This document shows, piece after piece, positions 30,689-39,675 of a stretch of 64,000 bases of DNA. This stretch comes from an uncultured delta proteobacterium. GTDB taxonomy: Bacteria; Desulfobacterota; RBG-13-43-22. The position numbers and the translations under genes were made by a program. The first letter of the stretch is position 1. Every line of letters starts with the position of its first letter. The notes beneath the pieces are model-generated. The model saw nothing but the letters and a program-made list of their open reading frames with translations, was not told the origin of the DNA and searched no databases. The DNA lies in contig CAVUPH010000006.1 in NCBI GenBank assembly GCA_963743305.1, positions 128,001-192,000 of the forward strand, written 5' to 3'.

Positions 30689-31663
30689 ATGCTCAGGATA
30701 TTGTCCCTTCCTCTACTTATTATACTGGTATTTTCTGTTTTCCCGGCCCCTCTATCGTCCGCCGCCCTCGAAGGCCCTTTCAGGGTTAAAAATCAATTCC
30801 CTCTTTTCCTCCATCTGAATTCACCCATCCTGGAAAAGGCCGCTCAGGAGGATTCGCTCGTCTTGAGCCTGCATTATTCCAGCGCCTTTATGAAAAGAGG
30901 GTCCTCCGACTGGCTGGTTGACCTCGATTTGGAGTCGGCGGAATTTGATTTCGTCTTTAAAAGAAATCTACCCGGGTGGATCGAACTGGGACTGGAGATC
31001 CCTTTACTGGCCTTCAGCTCCGGGGTCCTGGATCAGCCGCTGGAGAGCTATCACAGCGCCTTTGGCTTCCCCGACTACGGCCGCAGCCGGTACCCGAAAA
31101 ACGAGTTTCACTACCGGCTGTTTCGAAAAGGAAAACTCCTGGTCGAGGGGGAAAGCGGCAAGGTCGGGCTGGGTGACCTGCGACTGACCGGAAAAAAGGA
31201 GTTTTCTTTCGGAGAAACGCTCTGGGCCGTCAAGGCGGATCTGGAATTGCCGACCGGGGACCCCAATACCGGTTTCGGGAACGGCAGCCTGGATTGGGGG
31301 CTGGCGCTCCTGGGGGAACGAAAACTGGGCCAAACGTTCAAGCTGACCGGCGCCTTGGGTCTGGTGCTGCCCGGGGACTTAAGGGCCAGGGAAACCATAG
31401 GCCTGCAACCCTATTATTATCTCGGCGCGGTCGTGGAGTGGGCCTGGTGGAAAAATTTTGAAGTCCTGGGCCAGTGTCTGGCCCAGACCTCCCCCTTCCC
31501 GGAAACCGGGATATCCGCTATCGATCAGACCGGCGTTATCCTGACCTTGGGAGGCCGGTACATCTTCGGCCTGAATTCTCTGGAATTGTCCTTTACTGAA
31601 GACCTGAACACTACCGGGGCCCCGGATTTCACGTTTCAGCTTGGCCTTAAACATAAGTTCTAA
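30689..31663 (+). CDS. outer-membrane protein, DUF3187-like
   Basis: Signal peptide, GPFRVKNQFP, YHSAFGFP, ELPTGD, terminal Phe. Confidence 0.75.
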   Translation: MLRILSLPLLIILVFSVFPAPLSSAALEGPFRVKNQFPLFLHLNSPILEKAAQEDSLVLSLHYSSAFMKRGSSDWLVDLDLESAEFDFVFKRNLPGWIELGLEIPLLAFSSGVLDQPLESYHSAFGFPDYGRSRYPKNEFHYRLFRKGKLLVEGESGKVGLGDLRLTGKKEFSFGETLWAVKADLELPTGDPNTGFGNGSLDWGLALLGERKLGQTFKLTGALGLVLPGDLRARETIGLQPYYYLGAVVEWAWWKNFEVLGQCLAQTSPFPETGISAIDQTGVILTLGGRYIFGLNSLELSFTEDLNTTGAPDFTFQLGLKHKF

Positions 31664-31759
31664 TAGCTATTATCTGGTTGGTTGGATTACGAAAAATTCT
31701 GTCTTAACATCCCCTGCCCGACGGGGCGCCCGCAAAGCATAAAAAGGACAGTTACCCTG

Positions 31760-31866
31760 GTCATTGCGAGGAGTGGAGCGACGAAGCAATCCCCCGGGTG
31801 GCTTATAGCATTTTCCAAGCTCGACTTGGAGATTGCTTCCCCCGGATCAGTCCGGGGTCGCCATGA
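31760..31866. repeat. palindrome R3 copy
   Basis: GTCATTGCGAGGAGTGGAGCGACGAAGCAATC...GAGATTGCTTC. Confidence 0.85.
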
Positions 31867-31909
31867 GAGAGGTTTTCAATTTTATTTTCGGGTTAAAAGG
31901 AGGATGAAA

Positions 31910-32665
31910 ATGAAATGGATTGATGCGGTCACGGACGATTCGGTCCGAATTCTGAAACTTAACCATGGCGTCACCAACGCCCTCAATGGGGAACTCTTAA
32001 AAGAACTTGAAGATTGCCTGTTGGAAATCAGAAACGATCCCGAATCCTCCGCCCTGGTGCTGACCAGCGCCAACGAGAAGTTCTTCTCTGCCGGTTTTGA
32101 TCTCCCCGAACTCTATTCCCAGGAGGTCTCGGGATTCAAGGGATTTTTTCATTCGTTCAACCGGATTTGCCTCGACCTCTACACCCTGCCCCGGCCCACG
32201 GTAGCCGCCCTGACCGGCCACGCCGTGGCCGGTGGTTTTATTCTGGCTTCCTGCTGCGACTATCGATTTATGGCCCAGGGGAAAAAATTATGCGGTTTGA
32301 ACGAGATTCAAATCGGGGTACCGGTGCCCTACATCGCCGATTTGATTCTCCGCCAACTGGTGGGGGATCGGGCGGCCACCGAGATCATGTACACCGGTAC
32401 CCTGGTGCCGGCCGAAAACGCGCTTCAATTAAAATTCCTGGATGCCCTGGTTTCACCCGAAGGACTCCTCAGCGAAGCCGTTTCCAAAGCCCGCACCCTC
32501 GGCCGTCTCCCCCGGGCGGCTTTCCAGACCATCAAAACCAATCGGACGGCCGAAATAGCCGCCCTGGGCCGGCAAAAACTGGAGGAAGATGTCCAGACCT
32601 TTTTGAAGATGTGGTATAGCGAAGAAGCTCGGGCGCGTTTAAAGGAAGCCATGAAGAAATTTTGA
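31910..32665 (+). CDS. enoyl-CoA hydratase/isomerase
   Basis: FFSAGFDL, GHAVAGG, GLNEIQIG; AGGAGG RBS. Confidence 0.92.
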   Translation: MKWIDAVTDDSVRILKLNHGVTNALNGELLKELEDCLLEIRNDPESSALVLTSANEKFFSAGFDLPELYSQEVSGFKGFFHSFNRICLDLYTLPRPTVAALTGHAVAGGFILASCCDYRFMAQGKKLCGLNEIQIGVPVPYIADLILRQLVGDRAATEIMYTGTLVPAENALQLKFLDALVSPEGLLSEAVSKARTLGRLPRAAFQTIKTNRTAEIAALGRQKLEEDVQTFLKMWYSEEARARLKEAMKKF

Positions 32666-32833
32666 ACCGGCAGAGCGCTGGGTGCGGAGCGCGGGCCGTA
32701 AAACGACAATCAAGAAAACAAAACTTACTTGTCGGTTTAGTTCGAGCGTTCCTTTCGCCCTTTGCTCTTTGCCCTTTGCTTTTTCCGCTATGCGCCCTGC
32801 GCTTCGCGCTCCGCGCCTTACAGGAGAGGAATT

Positions 32834-33364
32834 ATGGAAGTCAAAATCGGAGAGACCTTATTCTTTCTGGAGGAGGGTGACATAACCCGACAGGAAACCG
32901 AGGCCATCGTTAACGCCGCCAATTCCCGCCTGGCCGGAGGAGGCGGGGTTGACGGGGCCATCCACCGCGCCGGTGGCCCGGCCATCATGGATGAATGCCG
33001 AAAAATCGGGGGCTGCCCCACCGGCCAAGCCGTCATCACCACCGGCGGAAAATTGAAGGCCCATCGCGTGATCCACACCGTGGGGCCTATTTATCGAGGC
33101 GGGACCCATGGAGAAGCCGACCTCCTGGCCAGCGCTTATCTCGAAAGCCTGAAGCTGGCTCGGAAAAACGGCATTCGCTCTCTGGCCTTTCCGTCGCTCA
33201 GCACCGGGGCTTATGGATACCCATTGAATGAGGCGGCGGGGATCGCCTTAAAAACGGTACTAGGGTTCATCAAAGCCGACCCGGTATTCGACCGGGTCGG
33301 CTTCGTCCTTTTCGGCCCTTCTTCCTATCAGGCCTATGAAAGGGCTCTAGCAAATTTGATTTAA
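32834..33364 (+). CDS. macrodomain O-acetyl-ADP-ribose deacetylase (YmdB-like)
   Basis: GDIT, AIVNAAN, GGGGVDGAIH, FPSLSTGAYGYP. Confidence 0.94.
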   Translation: MEVKIGETLFFLEEGDITRQETEAIVNAANSRLAGGGGVDGAIHRAGGPAIMDECRKIGGCPTGQAVITTGGKLKAHRVIHTVGPIYRGGTHGEADLLASAYLESLKLARKNGIRSLAFPSLSTGAYGYPLNEAAGIALKTVLGFIKADPVFDRVGFVLFGPSSYQAYERALANLI

Positions 33365-33465
33365 AAGACGACTCTTCATCGGACGCCGTCCGGATAATTG
33401 TCGCGGGAGGATCTCAGAGAACCCCAATACCCGGTGAAGAAGAGGGGTTCTTTGATGGAGAAGTA

Positions 33466-33885
33466 CTACTTCCCACCGGCAAGTTTTATCTTTTCGGCCG
33501 AAGCCGGGGTAAGGGGCTTGTCGTCTGGTTTGACGTTGTTGGCCTGGAGGGCAAAGGAGATGATCTCCAGGTATTCATTGTCCTTCAAGCTGCCGGGCTT
33601 ATTCGCCGGCATTTTTTTCTTCGCGAACTCATAGGCCTGACCGGCTGTCTTCATTTTCGGTAAATATCCAGGACCGGCTACCGGAGAAACCTTAACGCCG
33701 GCCATTTTGCCGAATTGCTCGGGAACCGTGCCGCCCTCACCATTGGCCCCATGGCATACGGCACAATATTTACCATAAAGCTCCTTTCCCTTTGACGCCT
33801 GCTCAGGGGTATAGGCAAAGGTTGTTGCCACCACCAAAGCCGAAATCATGACACCTAGAATCAACTGCCAAATCTTGTGCGACAT
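33466..33885 (-). CDS. periplasmic monoheme cytochrome c
   Basis: Signal peptide, CAVCH, distal MP motif. Confidence 0.9.
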   Translation of the reverse strand: MSHKIWQLILGVMISALVVATTFAYTPEQASKGKELYGKYCAVCHGANGEGGTVPEQFGKMAGVKVSPVAGPGYLPKMKTAGQAYEFAKKKMPANKPGSLKDNEYLEIISFALQANNVKPDDKPLTPASAEKIKLAGGK

Positions 33886-33994
33886 GCTGTCCTCCTTTTT
33901 GATTTATGTTCAACAAAACGTTCAGAAACAGAAGAAATTGGCACTAGAGAAAAAACGATACGCAAAAACCTCCACATCGGATCGTCCCCCTCTA

Positions 33995-34243
33995 CTATCT
34001 TCTTCTATGTCTGTAACCTCCAGCGGATTCGCCGACTAAATATCCACCCAGGGCACCTATCCCCGCGCCAAGGGCAGCCCCTCCGAGGGTATTCCCCCCT
34101 ACCAAAGTACTGAACAAAGCCCCACCCCCCGCACCAATGGCTGCTCCGCTTAAGGTTCCCTGTTGCGTTCTAGACATCCCAACGCATCCGCTTAAGGCTA
34201 CCATAAGAACGAGAATAGTTACGGCAATAAAGATCCGTTTCAT
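33995..34243 (-). CDS. glycine-zipper lipoprotein
   Basis: Lipobox LSGC, GAAIGAGGGA/GAALGAGIGA. Confidence 0.85.
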   Translation of the reverse strand: MKRIFIAVTILVLMVALSGCVGMSRTQQGTLSGAAIGAGGGALFSTLVGGNTLGGAALGAGIGALGGYLVGESAGGYRHRRR

Positions 34244-34261
34244 TTTTCATCCCCCTTTGGT

Positions 34262-34726
34262 TTAGTTTTCGGGCCTCAATGGGCGCCCGGCGATCCCCGT
34301 GGTTATATTCGGCCTGACCACGGAGTGCCAGAGCACGCCGACCACGGGCTTATCCAAATGGTCCGGATTCGTTTGATAGTATTGGTCGATCAAGGCCACC
34401 GTTTGATTAATAGTAAGCGGCGTTTTATTGTACCCTTCGACGACTTTCGAGGAGAAATTGTCCCTTTTCAAGTCCGGATACTTATTCATTAAGTATTCTT
34501 CGATGGCTACCGTGTGCCAAACTCCCAAAATGAAAGCCATCTTGGAGTCTTCCGTCATCTTTTGCCAGAGCTCTCCGGTCAATACCGTCATGGCGAAGGT
34601 CTTTCCCATTTCTTTGGTCAAGCCCTTCTCCCCGCGCTCCGCGGCCGTTACGTATATCGAAGTTAAGGCGATTCCGATTACGGCGGCGGCCACCACCAAA
34701 TTCCTGGCCATTATTAATTTTCTCAT
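34262..34726 (-). CDS. exported hypothetical protein
   Basis: Signal peptide, GGGAGG RBS, TGELWQKMTEDSKMAFILG. Confidence 0.75.
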   Translation of the reverse strand: MRKLIMARNLVVAAAVIGIALTSIYVTAAERGEKGLTKEMGKTFAMTVLTGELWQKMTEDSKMAFILGVWHTVAIEEYLMNKYPDLKRDNFSSKVVEGYNKTPLTINQTVALIDQYYQTNPDHLDKPVVGVLWHSVVRPNITTGIAGRPLRPEN

Positions 34727-34989
34727 GACTCCCTCCCCTGAAATTTTTGAAACCTCGCGGCTTTCTTTCCATAGAGAATGCTCATCGCCAGCCCTTGTGG
34801 ATCTTCGATTTATTCTACGATATTATTCTCTATGAATGGTCTTAGATAAATAACGGGAAGTACGTATTTTTCGAACAAATATTATGTATTTCACTGGCCC
34901 ATGGTTCAAGGCTCCAACTTTCGCTGCAAGGTGGACCGTCAAATCAGGTCAGAAGCGCTTAAGCCCTTTATTATCCCTGTTTTTTCTCC

Positions 34990-36594
34990 TTGACCCTTCT
35001 CAAGGCCTATTTTAAACTCTGCCCTAACCGAAAGAAATTCTTATCTAACAAATTGAAGAGACAGACTCATCCCATCTGGTCTTTAGAACCCGGCCAGGCC
35101 GTGCGGCCGGGACGGCCCCATATTATCCTGATTTTCCTCTGGACCAGTATCGCTCTGTTGGTTGGGGAATTGGGTACTTTTTCTATCCCTTTGGTTGAAC
35201 AAGCAAGTCTTTTCTGGCCGGCGATGGTCTTTCAAACTGTAGGCGGATTGTGGTTTGGAGGACTTGGAATTCTCTCCGCCATGATCTTTCCCCTCGTCTC
35301 CAATGCCCTGGGCGGGTTTCCCTGGCCCCAAAACCTAGCCTGGATCGCGGGCAACTTCATCCAGGGTGGATTATTGCGCTTCTATTTTCAATATAAAGGT
35401 TGGGATCCGTCTCTACCTACCGGCAAGGAGATCTGGGCCTTCATCTGGATCGGGGCCATCCTTTCCAATGTCCTGGGCGTGTTGGTCACCATGAGTATCT
35501 TGGGCTTGACTCCCTACGGGTTGCCTTGGTCCAGAAGCCTGACCTACTGTGCCACTTCCATTATCGGCAACGGCCTGCCCTGCATCCTGCTGGGCCTTCC
35601 CCTGTTGAAATATTTTTCACCTTTGGTCGTCAATTCTCCCCTCTTTTTCCCACGGTTATGGCTGACTAAAAGGTCCCCGGATCCGGCACCCGTTTCCTTC
35701 GGCGACTTCCCTATCGTTTTGAAACTGATGATAGGATTTTTTGCCGGGGGCTTTTTCCCCCTGGCCATCCTGGCGGCGTTTTCCGTATCGGAAGAGGAGC
35801 GTCAGTTTAACGTATTTCTAATCCTGGGTTTATTTTTGTGCCTCATTCTTTCAGGAGTTATTGCCAATCATATTAATACACCCCTTAACCGTATCAAGGA
35901 ACGTCTACGTCAAATCGGTGACGGGGACTTTAAAAAAGAGTTCAAGATTGAAAGCCGGGATGAACTGGGCAGGATTGGCGACGGCCTTCAAGAGATGGCC
36001 TTGAATTTGGCCCGGCTTTACGCCGAGCAGGAAGCGCTTTTCTTAGAGACGATCCTTTCCTTGGCCGAGGCCATTGATGCCCGCGATCCTTATACCCGGG
36101 GCCATTCCGATCGGGTCAGTCAGTACGCCTTGAGGACAGCCCAAGCCATGGGCCTTTCCGGAAAAGAGAGCACGGAGATTTACCAGGCGGCCATCCTCCA
36201 TGATATCGGTAAAATAGGAATACGGGAGGACGTTCTGAATTATGACGGCCCTCTGGATCCGGAGAAATACGCCCATATGAAGACCCACCCCGAGATCGGT
36301 GCTCGCATTCTGGGAGTCGTGAAGGATTTCGGGAAAATCCGTCTGATGGTGCGGGCCCATCACGAGCATTATGACGGCGGCGGGTACCCCGACGGATTGA
36401 AAGGCGGGCATACTCCTTTAGGGGCCAGGATCCTAGCCGTCGCCGATGTCTACGATGCCTTGACCACCGATCGTCCTTACCGGGTCGCCTGGAAGAAGGA
36501 AAAGGCATTGCAAACCATCCAGGAAAAAGCCGGGTCCCAATTTGATCCCCAGGTGGTATCCGTTTTCATCTCCATCATGACGGGATCGCAATAA
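34990..36594 (+). CDS. membrane HAMP + HD-GYP cyclic-dinucleotide phosphodiesterase
   Basis: Many TMs, SRDELG, TRGHSDRV, LHDIGK, HHEHYDGGGYP; start uncertain. Confidence 0.92.
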   Translation: MTLLKAYFKLCPNRKKFLSNKLKRQTHPIWSLEPGQAVRPGRPHIILIFLWTSIALLVGELGTFSIPLVEQASLFWPAMVFQTVGGLWFGGLGILSAMIFPLVSNALGGFPWPQNLAWIAGNFIQGGLLRFYFQYKGWDPSLPTGKEIWAFIWIGAILSNVLGVLVTMSILGLTPYGLPWSRSLTYCATSIIGNGLPCILLGLPLLKYFSPLVVNSPLFFPRLWLTKRSPDPAPVSFGDFPIVLKLMIGFFAGGFFPLAILAAFSVSEEERQFNVFLILGLFLCLILSGVIANHINTPLNRIKERLRQIGDGDFKKEFKIESRDELGRIGDGLQEMALNLARLYAEQEALFLETILSLAEAIDARDPYTRGHSDRVSQYALRTAQAMGLSGKESTEIYQAAILHDIGKIGIREDVLNYDGPLDPEKYAHMKTHPEIGARILGVVKDFGKIRLMVRAHHEHYDGGGYPDGLKGGHTPLGARILAVADVYDALTTDRPYRVAWKKEKALQTIQEKAGSQFDPQVVSVFISIMTGSQ

Positions 36595-36885
36595 ACGGAC
36601 TCGTTCCCATCTCCTCTTTTTCAACTATCGGTATCACCGGATCCACCTGACCGTTCGATCTACCCCCGATAGCGATCGGCTATTTCCGGGGTCTCGGGTT
36701 GATGAGCCCTATCCCCCAAAGTATTGCCCTTTTTTTCAGGTTATCGGGGAAACGATGAGGCAGACTCACCTGGAGATTACCCCACCATGAAACAACCCTA
36801 AGTAACGATGCCGATCAAAAAGCCAAATTGCTATTCGGATAAAAATAAGATAATATCCTAATCGCTGAATCGACGAAGAGTCCAG

Positions 36886-38454
36886 GTGGTTTCGAGGGTG
36901 AAAATTAAACCGCAGGTTTGGTTTTTATTAGTGGCCTTTGGTTGGGGCGGGTTCCTGTTCATTCATCGGGCGCAGGCCCGGTCCGGCATTTCGTTAATCG
37001 AAAAAAAAATCTCGGCTCCGGTCTTAGCCGACACGGCGGATAATCGTGCGGGGAATTTCCTGGTCATTTTGAACAATCAACCGCAGGGGAAGTGGCCGGC
37101 CGGAATGGAAGGAGATCGAAAACAGAAAAGAAAAAAAATAGTCCAAATCCTGAGGCAGGCGGCGGGGTCCAGCCAGCCAGGGATCACAGCCGAACTGGAC
37201 CTTCTGGGGGCTCATTATCGCCCTCTCTGGATCATCAACGCCATTGCCGTCAAAGGGACCCGAGCGGTGGCGGAAACTATGGCGCTGCGGGAGGATGTCA
37301 CCCGGATCGAATCCGATCGGGCCTTCCCGGTTCTGCCGGAAAGGCCCGGGCTCACGCTGCCGGGCACTCCGAGTAGCCCACCCTGGAACATCCAGATGAT
37401 CAAGGCGCCGTTTCTTTGGGGATTGGGGTTTACCGGGGAGGGTACGGTTTACGCCAACGCCGATACCGGTGCCCAATGGGACCATCCGGCGTTGATAAAC
37501 AAATACCTGGGCTGGAACGGGCAGAGGGCAGATCACGAATATCACTGGTGGGATGCTATCCATGAGGACTTGAGCGGCAACGGGACCAATCCCTGCGGTT
37601 TTTCTTCGCCGGTCCCTTGTGATGATTACGGCCATGGGACCCACACCATGGGCATCGCGGTAGGCGATGACGGAGAAACCAATCAAATCGGCGTGGCCCC
37701 TGGGTCTAAGTGGATCTCCTGCCGAAACATGGAGGAGGGCTACGGAAGGCCTAGCACCTATCTGGAATGCTATCAGTTCTTCCTGGCGCCGACGGATTTG
37801 AATGGCTTGAACCCCGATCCGGAAAAAGCGCCCGAGGTGGTGGGGAATTCCTATAGCTGTTTTACCTCGGAAGGCTGTTCCCCTCATATCCTGCAACCGG
37901 CGCTGGAAATGCTGCGGGCGGCGGGCATTTTCATGGCGGCCTCGGCTGGCAACAAAGGTTCTTCTTGTGAGAGCATCGTGGATCCGCCGGGTCTGGAGGA
38001 CTCGGTAGTGACTGTTGGCGGGGTCAATTCCCTGGAGGGGATTTATGGCCCGAGCGGCCGGGGACCGGTTACGGTGGACGGCAGCAACCGCCTCAAGCCC
38101 GACCTGGTGGCCCCCGGAGAGGGGGTGCTTTCCAGTACCCCCGGAAACACCTATGCCGTTATGAGCGGCACCTCCATGGCAGTCCCCCACGTGGCCGGAG
38201 CAGTGGCCCTGCTCTGGTCGGCCTTTCCATATTTGGCCGGCCAGGTGGAACAAACGGAATCTATTTTAAAGCAGTCGGCTAAAAAAATTATAACGACCGA
38301 GACTTGCGGTGGGATACCGCCCGATCAGTTCCCCAATCCCGTCGTCGGCTCTGGACTGATCGATCTCCAGACGGCCTATGACTTAATCGTCAATCCGTTT
38401 GCCTACCGGACCTGTCTTCCCCTGATTATGGATGGGTATCAAAAAAGTCATTAA
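36886..38454 (+). CDS. secreted S8 subtilase
   Basis: Catalytic triad ADTG, HGTH, GTSMA; propeptide; tail YRTCLPLI. Confidence 0.93.
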   Translation: MVSRVKIKPQVWFLLVAFGWGGFLFIHRAQARSGISLIEKKISAPVLADTADNRAGNFLVILNNQPQGKWPAGMEGDRKQKRKKIVQILRQAAGSSQPGITAELDLLGAHYRPLWIINAIAVKGTRAVAETMALREDVTRIESDRAFPVLPERPGLTLPGTPSSPPWNIQMIKAPFLWGLGFTGEGTVYANADTGAQWDHPALINKYLGWNGQRADHEYHWWDAIHEDLSGNGTNPCGFSSPVPCDDYGHGTHTMGIAVGDDGETNQIGVAPGSKWISCRNMEEGYGRPSTYLECYQFFLAPTDLNGLNPDPEKAPEVVGNSYSCFTSEGCSPHILQPALEMLRAAGIFMAASAGNKGSSCESIVDPPGLEDSVVTVGGVNSLEGIYGPSGRGPVTVDGSNRLKPDLVAPGEGVLSSTPGNTYAVMSGTSMAVPHVAGAVALLWSAFPYLAGQVEQTESILKQSAKKIITTETCGGIPPDQFPNPVVGSGLIDLQTAYDLIVNPFAYRTCLPLIMDGYQKSH

Positions 38455-38526
38455 AGGCAGCCCCCGCTGATAACGAAGCAACTAAACCATAGACCTGTAA
38501 CTTATTATCAAAAGGAGGGAAAAACG

Positions 38527-38988
38527 ATGAGACCTGTATTTTTCGGTATTGTTTTCATTTTGGTGGTTTTGGCCGGTCTGCTCGCTTCGCCGGTCTTTAC
38601 CGGCTCTGATCGGGCGATGGCGGCCCCCGATATCTTCGCCAGCCCGGTTCACGGCGGCTGCTACATCGCCGGGCCGTCCGATTGCCGGATACATGTGGAA
38701 CCTTTTACCATCAACATAGCGGCTGGCACGAAATTGGTGCAGTTTCAGTTGGTGGCTATCCAGGGGGGTACCGGCGTTCAAAAGGTAATCTATGATTTTC
38801 GGCCAGACCAATCCAATCCGGCGCCCTCCCTCGGGACTACCTATACGCCCTCACTGGTTACCCAGGACTTCGCCGCTACCTGCGGCCAATCGTATGAGAT
38901 CAGTCTACAGGGCAAAGACACCGGCGACACCAGCGTCTTCAACCTGGGCTTAACCGGCCAGTTCACCTGTCCAACGACCATGCCCTAA
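38527..38988 (+). CDS. exported hypothetical protein, 4-Cys (paralogue 1)
   Basis: GGAGG RBS, signal peptide, close paralogue of next gene. Confidence 0.85.
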   Translation: MRPVFFGIVFILVVLAGLLASPVFTGSDRAMAAPDIFASPVHGGCYIAGPSDCRIHVEPFTINIAAGTKLVQFQLVAIQGGTGVQKVIYDFRPDQSNPAPSLGTTYTPSLVTQDFAATCGQSYEISLQGKDTGDTSVFNLGLTGQFTCPTTMP

Positions 38989-39043
38989 TTTCTAACGGGC
39001 CCTTCGGTTATCTGAAGCAACCTAAGACTGAGAGGGGAATTCT

Positions 39044-39534
39044 ATGACCTTAAAGCAGATAGGGAATTTACTGAAAGCGGGGATCTTCTTAGCCCTGGCC
39101 CTGTTGTGGGGATTTTGTCCCCCCAGGTGGCACAGGCCGGGCCGGATATTTTTGCCAGCCCGGTACAGGCCGGCTGCTACCTGGCGAAGAATGACCGCTG
39201 CAAGATCCACGTGGATCCTTTTACAATCAACCTGGCGGCTGGCAAGAAACTGGTGCAGTTTCAGTTGGTGGCTATCCAGGGGGGCACCGGCGTTCAGAAG
39301 GTAATTTATGACTTTCGGCCTGACCAATCCAATCCGGTGCCTCCTTCCGGAAACACTTTCACGCCTTCACTGGTCGCCAAGGATTTCGGCGCCACCTGCG
39401 GCCAGTCCTATGAGATCAGCTTGCAGGGTAAAGATACCGGCGACGCCGGCCTATTCAATCTGGGGTTGACTGCCCAATTTTCCTGTCCCAAGGGAGATTT
39501 CCGGGATTTCCTGCCGTTAATCAACAAAAATTGA
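39044..39534 (+). CDS. exported hypothetical protein, 4-Cys (paralogue 2); apparent frameshift at ~39108
   Basis: Signal peptide (from 39044) and mature domain (from 39106) are in different frames; one extra G in the G run at ~39108 joins them; tail DFLPLINKN. Confidence 0.8.
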
Positions 39535-39675
39535 AAGATGCGCAATGGTGCCGTTCCAAAGGTAAACGGCACCCCGTTCATCTGGAGGCCTCAAAACATT
39601 TCCGGGAACTTTTTGGAGCCCTCCCTGCTCTAAACCAGGAAAGAAGTTCATTTCCAAGGTTTAAGGAGGTTCCCG

